Shown here: positions 48,520 to 56,680 of the stretch, in pieces
How positions within the stretch are numbered: position 1 is the first letter of the stretch
Layout: each line of letters begins with the position of its first letter
NCBI GenBank assembly: GCA_015056565.1
Contig: SVGB01000004.1
Coordinates: 34,875 to 98,874, forward strand
From: Butyrivibrio sp.
GTDB lineage: Bacteria; Bacillota; Clostridia; Lachnospirales; Lachnospiraceae
Reading direction: 5' to 3'
Length of the DNA stretch: 64,000 nucleotides
The notes under the pieces: model-generated
Database searches by the model: none
Told to the model about the DNA's origin: nothing
What the model saw: the letters and a program-made list of their open reading frames with translations, nothing else
Program-made: the position numbers and the translations under genes

Positions 48520-49332
48520 TCAAATATTTCTTACCTGTTCAAGGCGCAAATGCAGTCGCTGCAAGCGTTTGATGGTTTCCTTATCCAAAACTTTCTTTCC
48601 AGAAAAAAAATATTCTGTATTTCGTAAACACAATATATTGTGTTCGTCATCCATTTTCTTATCTTTATCTGGTGATATCGATAATCCCATTACATCTGCC
48701 AAATGCCTTACAGTGCCGTCATTACCGTCGATTAAAAGAGTCTTCTCCCCAAAGTACTGTCTGTATGCCGGTTTAAAGTAATTAAAATGGGTGCAACCAA
48801 GAACCAGTGCGCAGTAATCAGACTTATCATAAGCTGAAAACTGACTGTTTACATATTCTGTCACATCCGGGGATTCAAACTCCTCCCTCTCAGCGAACTC
48901 TACAAGCCTTGGCATTGCCAAGAGATCAACTCTGTGATGTTCGTCTACCCTGTGAAGCAGGTCTTTTAACTTATCTTCCCTTATGGTCACAGGAGTTGCG
49001 ATGACCATTATCCTCTTATCATCTGTTCCCTCAACAGCTGGTTTTACAGCCGGCTCCATGCCAAGGATCGGAAGATCAAAACGCTTTCTCAGTCCCTTGA
49101 TGGCGACACTGGTAGCTGTGTTGCAGGCTACAACTATGGCATCAACTCCTTTATCAATAAGAAACTGCGTGATCTCTGTAGCGTAGCCTATTATCTGCTC
49201 TGGGGTCTTAAGCCCATATGGAACATGCTCTGTATCTGCATAAAATATAAATTCCTGGTCCGGAAGCTGATGATAAGCCTCGTGAAGGACTGACAGTCCT
49301 CCTATTCCGGAATCGAAAATTCCAATTTTCAT
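48520..49332 (-). CDS. murI: Glutamate racemase
   Basis: FDSGIGG, PYG, VACNTAT, LGCTHF; start MKIG with RBS AGGAG. Confidence 0.95.
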   Translation of the reverse strand: MKIGIFDSGIGGLSVLHEAYHQLPDQEFIFYADTEHVPYGLKTPEQIIGYATEITQFLIDKGVDAIVVACNTATSVAIKGLRKRFDLPILGMEPAVKPAVEGTDDKRIMVIATPVTIREDKLKDLLHRVDEHHRVDLLAMPRLVEFAEREEFESPDVTEYVNSQFSAYDKSDYCALVLGCTHFNYFKPAYRQYFGEKTLLIDGNDGTVRHLADVMGLSISPDKDKKMDDEHNILCLRNTEYFFSGKKVLDKETIKRLQRLHLRLEQVRNI

Positions 49333-49400
49333 ACTCTTTTCTCCTGCAGAGCCAAGACTCTTTTGCACAACCCTGCCTCAGATTATGATAGAATAAGTAC

Positions 49401-49850
49401 ATGGACGAAAAGATATTTGATGAACTGCAAAAAATATATGACAACCAGCGCCTTGGGGATCTGGTTCAGGAAATATGCGAGTACTACGCCACAAAAGAGA
49501 GCTACGAGGACAACTCCTATGAAGATGAAATTGAGCCTCCTGAAATTGTGGAGTCTGCATACATTCTCTTTTGCCTTCAGAGCAGAGAACAGATCCTGGA
49601 TGAGTTTTCCATCGTCAGGAAAAAATATCCTTCCATTTATGAAAAGATAAGTTCCCTCTGTGATACTATCCTCATAAATATGGATTATCGTGCCCTGGAA
49701 GAAAAAAACGCCGAGGCGATTGCAGGTTACCTTAAGGATACCTCTGTAACAGATATCCTTGATCATGTGGAAACCTTCTCCCGCTCCAGCGAGAGCCTGT
49801 CTGAGGCTCTTGATAAGTTCTACAAATATATCCACTCTAAAAAACCATGA
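49401..49850 (+). CDS. Hypothetical acidic protein
   Basis: 149-aa ORF filling the gap; natural composition; stop abuts a convergent stop. Confidence 0.65.
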   Translation: MDEKIFDELQKIYDNQRLGDLVQEICEYYATKESYEDNSYEDEIEPPEIVESAYILFCLQSREQILDEFSIVRKKYPSIYEKISSLCDTILINMDYRALEEKNAEAIAGYLKDTSVTDILDHVETFSRSSESLSEALDKFYKYIHSKKP

Positions 49851-50669
49851 TCACTTAACCTTTAAATACTTCATGGATCCGTACAGCTGCTGGCCCTGAT
49901 AGTCAACAAGAGCCCAGCTTCCATCGTCACTGACTGCAATCCTTTTAAGCTCTGTGCCCTCATCTGCTTTGGCAACAATGCTGTCGTCGCTTCCAGTGCT
50001 TGGAACTGATCTTAAATTAAGAGAAGATGCCCCTGACACCTCTACGGTGTCATTTTTTTCTGTATAACCAGCTGGAATAGCAATGGCAACTACCTGAGTT
50101 GAAGCCTCGTCAGGATCAGGCGCAAAGTATCTGTCAAAGACCTTTACCTTGAGGACCATTCCAATAACCACAAGAATAACTATTCCTGTGAGGATGGAAC
50201 CCACTCTCACAACAAGATTCATGTCGACGCCGCCCTGTTCATCCTCGTCCTGGTACTCTTCGTCGTCATACTCCTCATCATATTCTTCATCAGATTCTTC
50301 GTACTGGCGCCTTCTGACTGGCTCACGGTCAGGCCTTGGCCTTACCTCTTCCCTTCTTGGTTCCTGCTTTTTGGGCGCACTATCCTCAGCAGCCCTGCGA
50401 ACAGACTCTTTCCTCTTTTGTTCCTGCTCGTCCTTCTGGCGCTGCCTGATATATTCCTCGCGCTCATCAGCATTCAAAAACTGATAGGGATCTTCAATTT
50501 CTATTTCCATGGTTTCCTGGGAAACCGGTTCTTTTGATGATGCAAAAGTTTCTTTTTCTGTTACATCACTTGAGGTAGCAGTAGGCTTAGCCTGCGCCTC
50601 TGCATCTTTGTGCTCGTTACTTGCGTCTCTTTTTACGTAGTCTTCAAAGTTTGCAATCTTGTCGCTCAT
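49851..50669 (-). CDS. Membrane protein with acidic cytoplasmic region and C-terminal SH3b domain
   Basis: Single TM; LNLRSVPS...DGSWALVDY...YGSMKYL. Confidence 0.75.
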   Translation of the reverse strand: MSDKIANFEDYVKRDASNEHKDAEAQAKPTATSSDVTEKETFASSKEPVSQETMEIEIEDPYQFLNADEREEYIRQRQKDEQEQKRKESVRRAAEDSAPKKQEPRREEVRPRPDREPVRRRQYEESDEEYDEEYDDEEYQDEDEQGGVDMNLVVRVGSILTGIVILVVIGMVLKVKVFDRYFAPDPDEASTQVVAIAIPAGYTEKNDTVEVSGASSLNLRSVPSTGSDDSIVAKADEGTELKRIAVSDDGSWALVDYQGQQLYGSMKYLKVK

Positions 50670-50705
50670 AACGCCTCCCCCATTATAATGTAAAGTGCTG
50701 GCAGG

Positions 50706-51026
50706 TTATGCCAGCACCTTGTCGATTATTCCCTGTAATTTAGCCTTGTTAAGCGCCCCAACGGCAGTCTCAACAACTTCGCCATTCTTGAAGAATGCGA
50801 ACATTGGAATTGACATAACGTTGTACTTCTGAGCTATTTCAGGTGACTGGTCAACATTGATCTTGCCAACCTTAAGTTCACCTTCGTACTCATCTGCAAA
50901 TTCATCAATCATTGGGGCCATCATCTTGCATGGTCCACACCAGTCTGCTGAAAAATCTACCAGAACCGGTAATTTGCTCTTAAGTACTTCTTCTTCGAAA
51001 TTCGCTGTGTTCAGTGTGTAATCCAT
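50706..51026 (-). CDS. trxA: Thioredoxin
   Basis: WCGPC, SIP. Confidence 0.96.
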   Translation of the reverse strand: MDYTLNTANFEEEVLKSKLPVLVDFSADWCGPCKMMAPMIDEFADEYEGELKVGKINVDQSPEIAQKYNVMSIPMFAFFKNGEVVETAVGALNKAKLQGIIDKVLA

Positions 51027-51679
51027 TAATTACTCCCCTTTCTGCTTATGATGTATTTGTAAATTGGGTTGCCTGCCTGAGAAAAGCGTTCTTCGTACTC
51101 AGTCATAACGTTGCCAACCATCATCTTTTCATCATGGTGAAGATCATAGGTCACTGCATCCAAGGTCCAGCCAGCTGGCTCAACTTCATCAAGGGCAAAC
51201 ATAAACAGATCTCTGTTGTCCGTCTTGAACTCCACTACCCCCTCCGGAACCAGTATCTTGTCGTATCTCTCAAGGAACTGTCTGGAAGGAAGGCGCCTCT
51301 TGGCGTGTCTGTCCTTGGGCCATGGATCTGAGAAGTTGAGATATATCCTGTCCACCTCTCCTGGTGCAAATACTTCAGTAATATCCTCTGCATCCATCCT
51401 TATGAAGATAATGTTTGGTAAAAGAAGCTGCTCCTGCTTCTGCAGTGCCCTTAAAAGCACGCTTGAGTACTTCTCAATACCAACATAGTTGATGTCCGGA
51501 TGGAGCTGCGCCATATCCATAAGGAAACGACCCTTTCCCATTCCAATCTCTACGTGGACGGGATTGTCATTTCTAAAAACGTCTTTCTTAAATAAGCCCT
51601 TTTTCTGCTCAGGATCCTTGATAGTGAAGACACTGTCTGCAATCACCTCTCTGGAACCTGCGATGTTACGTAATCGCAT
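51026..51679 (-). CDS. trmB: tRNA (guanine-N7)-methyltransferase
   Basis: EIGMGKG, NFSDPWPK-RH-KRRL, KTD, TEYE. Confidence 0.96.
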   Translation of the reverse strand: MRLRNIAGSREVIADSVFTIKDPEQKKGLFKKDVFRNDNPVHVEIGMGKGRFLMDMAQLHPDINYVGIEKYSSVLLRALQKQEQLLLPNIIFIRMDAEDITEVFAPGEVDRIYLNFSDPWPKDRHAKRRLPSRQFLERYDKILVPEGVVEFKTDNRDLFMFALDEVEPAGWTLDAVTYDLHHDEKMMVGNVMTEYEERFSQAGNPIYKYIISRKGSN

Positions 51680-51760
51680 CTAAAAACCTGCCTAAAAATC
51701 TTATATAAGAATTTTACACCATTTGCCCCAAGTTTGGAAGTATTGTATTATAAGCATACT

Positions 51761-53209
51761 ATGAAGTCTATGGGGAAGAGTAAGTTTTCCAATTTAATAT
51801 ATAGAACGCTGTCGATTCTTATGGCTCTGTCATTAGGTCTTTTGACTGCACCTGTCACAGCTCTGGCTGATACTGACTACGCAGCCCTTGCTCAGGAGAG
51901 AAAAGAGCTTCCGATACAGTCAAATTCTATTGCCCAGTGGCCGCATGGTCCGGAGATCACTGCCCAGGCTGCCATTGTCATGGATGCAGCAACCGGTACC
52001 ATCCTCTATTCCAAGAATATACATGAGGAGCTCTTTCCAGCCAGCACCACCAAGATAATGACTTGCCTTCTTGCTGTAGAGAACGCCTCCTTGTCCGATA
52101 CCATAACCTTTTCAGACGACGCAGTATTCAGCGTTCCCCAGGGCGGGTCAAACATCGGAATGGATGTTGGCCAGTCAATAACCCTCGAGCAGGCGCTATA
52201 TGGAATAATGGTGGGCAGCGCCAATGAAGTTGCAAACGCAGTAGCTGAGCATGTAAGCGGCAGCATTGATGCCTTTGTGGACCTTATGAACGAGCGGGCA
52301 AAAGAGCTTGGCTGCACCAATACACATTTTTCCAACACCAACGGCCTTCAGGCAGATGATCATTACACCAGTGCCTACGACCTTGCGCTTATTGCCAAGG
52401 CTTTTTTTGACAATGAACTTCTGTGCAAGGTAGGAAATACCGCAAGATATCACTTTACTGCCACTGCCAACCAGCCAGATGACTTTTATTTAATCAACAA
52501 ACATAAGCTTATTTCAGGTGAGATACCCTACGAAGGAATTCTTGGTGGCAAGACAGGTTACACAGACCTTGCAAGAGAAACACTTGTTACCTGCGCTGAG
52601 AAGGATGGGCTAAAACTTATATGCGTGGTCTTCATGGAAGAGTCACCCTCCCAGTTCACCGATACAGTAACGCTTTTTGACTATGCCTTCAACAATTTCC
52701 ACTCGGTCAACGTTTCTGACAACGACACCAGGTATATGCCTGATGATTCTCTTTTCTTTGAGTCAGAAAGAGACGTGTTTAAGCGCTCCGGAACCATCTT
52801 AAAGCTTGGGGAAGATGACTCCATTATCCTGCCTAAGACTTCAGACATAAACAGCACTGAATACGAGATAACCTATGACCTTACAGCTGATGAAAAGAGT
52901 CAGATGCCAACTGCCATCGCTAAGGTTAACTACACCTTTAGCGGTGTTCCAATAGGCTGCGCCTACGTATTCTATAATGCACTTTCAAGTCAGGAACTTT
53001 TGGACAACACAGTCAAGGACACTACCATATATATAAACGTCAAGATTCTTTTGCTTGCCGCAGTTGGACTTCTGATTGTGATCTCGCTCCTTGGAACTTC
53101 AATAACAAGGCTCCTTTCCAACAAGAAACACTCATCAAGAAGCGACCGCATCCGCTTTAACCGCAGGAAAAGAGAATTCAGAAAAAGTCGCAGATCCCAT
53201 AAATTCTAA
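51761..53209 (+). CDS. D-alanyl-D-alanine carboxypeptidase (peptidase S11)
   Basis: PASTTK, SAN, GKTG; C-terminal TM and basic tail; start uncertain. Confidence 0.9.
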   Translation: MKSMGKSKFSNLIYRTLSILMALSLGLLTAPVTALADTDYAALAQERKELPIQSNSIAQWPHGPEITAQAAIVMDAATGTILYSKNIHEELFPASTTKIMTCLLAVENASLSDTITFSDDAVFSVPQGGSNIGMDVGQSITLEQALYGIMVGSANEVANAVAEHVSGSIDAFVDLMNERAKELGCTNTHFSNTNGLQADDHYTSAYDLALIAKAFFDNELLCKVGNTARYHFTATANQPDDFYLINKHKLISGEIPYEGILGGKTGYTDLARETLVTCAEKDGLKLICVVFMEESPSQFTDTVTLFDYAFNNFHSVNVSDNDTRYMPDDSLFFESERDVFKRSGTILKLGEDDSIILPKTSDINSTEYEITYDLTADEKSQMPTAIAKVNYTFSGVPIGCAYVFYNALSSQELLDNTVKDTTIYINVKILLLAAVGLLIVISLLGTSITRLLSNKKHSSRSDRIRFNRRKREFRKSRRSHKF

Positions 53210-53223
53210 AAAAGACAAAGGCT

Positions 53224-54162
53224 TTATGGTCTTTGTCTTTTCTTTATCTTACGCTGTTTCTTTTTCATTTCTTCCACGTCTTCATTGGAAATAAACCTGC
53301 AGGTCTTTACCACGAAAAGATTTCCATTCTCCGCCTTCTTGATCCTGACCTTGGCCTTCATAAAGCCGTGCTTATCGCAAAATGCTGCGCTGTAGTAGTG
53401 TTTGCCGTTTGGGGTGAACCACTTGACCTTCCTGCGGATATTTTTTTTGCAGATATAGCACTTGGTGCTCATGATATCCACATTCTTAAGAATATCCTCT
53501 TTATTGAGGAACTCCCTTGATATGTACTTGGCGTAGGTGTCGAATACAATCCTGATCTCCTGCTTCTTGGTCTTAGGTGTTACATAGGTGTCAAAAGAGA
53601 TCTTGCTTAGTGTCTTTTCTCCGAAGGTCCTAAAGATCTTGGCTGTGTACTCAGCATCGGACAGAGCCCTGTGAAATGGGATATCTTTGGGAATCCCTAT
53701 TTCATCAACCGCTGCTTCAAGGGCCTTTCTGGACTTGCCATCGTCATAAGCAAGGCTGTAGAGCTTTTGTACGTCGTAAAAAGCTATTGGCCTGTCGGCT
53801 AAAAGAGGCATTCCAAAAAAGTCCAGGTTCCTCTGAAGCTCAGTAAGATCCAGCGGTCCCCAGGTGCAGAACTGAACGTCATCTCCGCAAAACTCCAGGA
53901 AATCTCTGGCTACATTCTGGAACTTGTCACCCTTTGCAAGATCCTCCATGGAAAGATGAATGAGCTTTCCGGTGATCCTGTGCATGTGGGTGTGGACCTG
54001 AGGTTTTATGAGCCTTGAAAACTCTCCGATCTTTTCCCTGTTCTCATTTAGTTTTACAGCGCCGATCTCAACGATCTCAAAAGTGAGAGTTTTCCCATCT
54101 TCTCTGACAAATGGCGCATCACCCTGATTCCACTCAAGGTCAAAAACCACATAATTACTCAT
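53224..54162 (-). CDS. DEDDh 3'-5' exonuclease (KapD/ERI1-like) with C-terminal CxxC/CxxH region
   Basis: VFDLEWN, EIVEIGAV, HRALSDA. Confidence 0.85.
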   Translation of the reverse strand: MSNYVVFDLEWNQGDAPFVREDGKTLTFEIVEIGAVKLNENREKIGEFSRLIKPQVHTHMHRITGKLIHLSMEDLAKGDKFQNVARDFLEFCGDDVQFCTWGPLDLTELQRNLDFFGMPLLADRPIAFYDVQKLYSLAYDDGKSRKALEAAVDEIGIPKDIPFHRALSDAEYTAKIFRTFGEKTLSKISFDTYVTPKTKKQEIRIVFDTYAKYISREFLNKEDILKNVDIMSTKCYICKKNIRRKVKWFTPNGKHYYSAAFCDKHGFMKAKVRIKKAENGNLFVVKTCRFISNEDVEEMKKKQRKIKKRQRP

Positions 54163-54176
54163 TTAATGATCCTATA

Positions 54177-54992
54177 TTAGAAATAGTATTTCATCCACCT
54201 GCCCGCCATATCAATCCAGGGCTCACAGGCAGGTGCAAGCTCTTTTTTCTGCATTGAAAGTGTAAGCTCATTGGCAAGAGAAAGTCCATGGCAGCCTTCT
54301 GGGAATATGTGAAGCTCAGTGCTTACGCCAGCCTTTCTAAGTGCTGTTGCAAACAAAAGAGAATTTTCAACCGGAACAGACTGATCTGTAAAGGTATGCC
54401 ACATGAAAGTCCTTGGTACACTGTAACTTACGCGGTTTTCCAGAGACATCTCATCTACCAGCTCGTCGTACTTATCTCCAAGAAGTTTGACAAAGGAGTC
54501 TCTGTGGGCAAACTCTCCAGAAGTGATGACCGGATAGCATAGTATAAGACCATTTGGCCTTAAAGCTTCGATATTGCTAGCGCCAAGACCCTCTGCTATG
54601 AAACCATCCTTCCACATGCAGCTGTAGCTGGCTACAAGATGACCACCAGCAGAACAGCCCTGGATCACTAGAGACTCTTCTTTTACATTCCACTCTTTCG
54701 CGTGCTCCCTGATGATAAGGATAGACCTTCCAAGTTCAAGAAGTGCTGTGGGATATGTTGCAGGATGGCAGGAATAGCGAAGGATCGCTGTGTGATATCC
54801 CTTAGCCATGAAAGAAAGTGCCAATGGCTCTGCCTCTCTGTCAGAAGTATATCCGTACCCGCCTCCTGGACATAGTAAAATAAGAGGTCTTTCCTTAATA
54901 TAAAGAGATTCAGATGGTTCCTGTATGTAAACTGTAAGCTTTGCTCCCTCTAAAGAGCCCTTTTCTTTTATTTCGAATTCCTTGTATATCAT
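54177..54992 (-). CDS. Alpha/beta hydrolase (acetylesterase-like)
   Basis: PGGGY, GCSAGGHL, DQSV, HGLSL. Confidence 0.85.
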   Translation of the reverse strand: MIYKEFEIKEKGSLEGAKLTVYIQEPSESLYIKERPLILLCPGGGYGYTSDREAEPLALSFMAKGYHTAILRYSCHPATYPTALLELGRSILIIREHAKEWNVKEESLVIQGCSAGGHLVASYSCMWKDGFIAEGLGASNIEALRPNGLILCYPVITSGEFAHRDSFVKLLGDKYDELVDEMSLENRVSYSVPRTFMWHTFTDQSVPVENSLLFATALRKAGVSTELHIFPEGCHGLSLANELTLSMQKKELAPACEPWIDMAGRWMKYYF

Positions 54993-55082
54993 TTTATACC
55001 CTTCCCAAACTAGTTTAGATGCCATATCTGCGCACTTTAATAAATAAATGATAAGAGGAAAAAAATTTTTTTGCAATAGGTA

Positions 55083-55138
55083 TTGACATTTTAAATTGCG
55101 CGCAATATAATTTGGTTAATCAATAAATTGCACGCAAT
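55083..55138 (+). promoter_or_regulatory. gpx promoter with two palindromic operators
   Basis: TTGACA-N17-TATAAT; ATTGCGCGCAAT at 55095-55106 and ATTGCACGCAAT at 55127-55138. Confidence 0.8.
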
Positions 55139-55176
55139 CATTTTTATATTAACAATCATTCATGGAGGTAATTTCG

Positions 55177-55719
55177 ATGGGATTTTATGATTACTCAGTA
55201 ACTGATGCACAGGGCAATGATTTTTCTATGGAGAACTACAAGGGAAAGGTTGTTCTTGTTGTTAATACTGCCACAGGATGTGGCTTCACACCTCACTACA
55301 AAGATATTGAGGATATGTACGAGAGATTCCACGACCAGGGATTTGAAGTTCTTGATATTCCTTGCAACCAGTTTGCTGGTCAGACACCTGGAACAGACGA
55401 GGAGATCCACGAGTTCTGCACTCTTCACTACAACACCAAGTTCCCTCAGATGAAGAAGTCAGACGTTAACGGCGAAGGCCAGCTTCCTATTTATCAGTAT
55501 CTTAAGAGCCAGAAGGGCTTTGAAGGATTTGGTAAGGGACCTAAGGCTCTTGCAATGAACGTTATGCTCAAGAAAATCGATAAGAATTTCAAGACTAATC
55601 CTGACATCAAGTGGAACTTTACTAAGTTCGTTGTTGACAGAGAAGGCAACGTAGTAGCACGTTTTGAGCCCACAGAGGATATGAAGAACGTAGCAGCCTG
55701 CGTTGAGAAACTTATCTGA
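55177..55719 (+). CDS. gpx: Cys-type glutathione peroxidase-family peroxidase
   Basis: VNTATGCGFT, PCNQF, KWNFTKF; RBS GGAGG. Confidence 0.93.
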   Translation: MGFYDYSVTDAQGNDFSMENYKGKVVLVVNTATGCGFTPHYKDIEDMYERFHDQGFEVLDIPCNQFAGQTPGTDEEIHEFCTLHYNTKFPQMKKSDVNGEGQLPIYQYLKSQKGFEGFGKGPKALAMNVMLKKIDKNFKTNPDIKWNFTKFVVDREGNVVARFEPTEDMKNVAACVEKLI

Positions 55720-55752
55720 TCAAATATATATTTCTAATACCCCCTCAAAGAT

Positions 55753-55854
55753 ATAGACGGTGCTTACCTGACACGGGGACGGTTCTGTTGTCAGATTTTA
55801 TCTAAATAAAATCTGACAACAGAACCGTCCCCGTGTCAGGTAAGCACCGTCTAT
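55753..55854. repeat. REP/REPIN-like palindrome, copy 3
   Basis: 49-bp perfect arms (55753-55801 and 55806-55854), loop CTAA; between convergent genes. Confidence 0.92.
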
Positions 55855-55866
55855 TATTCTTGTGTA

Positions 55867-56676
55867 TTACACGAACACTCTTACCTTCACAAACAAACGG
55901 CCTTTCCGTGTGGTGCCAGTCTGTCCATCATAAATGAACTTGCCATGGCCTCTGACAGAAACCCGTGATCCGGGCTTTATATCGTATCCTCCGGAGTAAG
56001 CTGTACGTCCATCAATAAATACTGACTCAGCCTCTATCAGCTTTTGGGCCTCTGACCTTGAAAGATGATAGACAAATGCGATGATGGCGTCTATTCTCTC
56101 TGAGGCAACAGAGCCGCTTAATTCCTGGAATTCCGGTCTTATATCGCACTCGGATGCCTTAACTTTTGTGCATTTTACAGAAGTGTGTTTTATACGGATC
56201 AGCTCTTTTTCGATCATATTGGCGATTTCAGGAGTTGCAAAGACGTAGGCTTCCTTTTCGCCAGCTAAGATATCTCCTATCTGATCTCGTTCTATTCCCA
56301 TGTTCATCAGCGCCCCAAGGTAATCCCTGTGGGTCAGTTCATCAGCAAACCTATTGTTTACCGGCACTATATGGATACAGGAAATAGTGCTCTGCTCTTC
56401 TTTTTCTGTCAAAAGAAAAGTCTCTTCATCCAGGTAGTCTGGCAGGAAAACGATCATGGCTCTTTCCGCTTCGTCAAAACCCCCATAGAACAAAAATCTT
56501 GCGCCGCAAAACTCATTAACATTTTTAGGTACGCCCTCTGAGGCAAAGATCTGATACACATGTGCCTGTTCTGAAAGGGATAAAAATACTGTGTTTGTTG
56601 TAAAGCCGTTCAGATAAGCCCTGTTTGCCAGGTCTTTTATTCTTCCAGCCAGAAAATCTCTAGTTTTTTCTTCCAT
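55867..56676 (-). CDS. ylmH: YlmH-family S4 RNA-binding protein
   Basis: GGFDEAER, LTHRDYLGALM, IGDI, RIDA-LSRS, SVRGHGK. Confidence 0.88.
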   Translation of the reverse strand: MEEKTRDFLAGRIKDLANRAYLNGFTTNTVFLSLSEQAHVYQIFASEGVPKNVNEFCGARFLFYGGFDEAERAMIVFLPDYLDEETFLLTEKEEQSTISCIHIVPVNNRFADELTHRDYLGALMNMGIERDQIGDILAGEKEAYVFATPEIANMIEKELIRIKHTSVKCTKVKASECDIRPEFQELSGSVASERIDAIIAFVYHLSRSEAQKLIEAESVFIDGRTAYSGGYDIKPGSRVSVRGHGKFIYDGQTGTTRKGRLFVKVRVFV

Positions 56677-56680
56677 ATCT

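Noticed and set aside
55177-55719. Selenocysteine recoding in gpx
   Set aside because: The active-site codon is TGT (Cys) and there is no in-frame TGA
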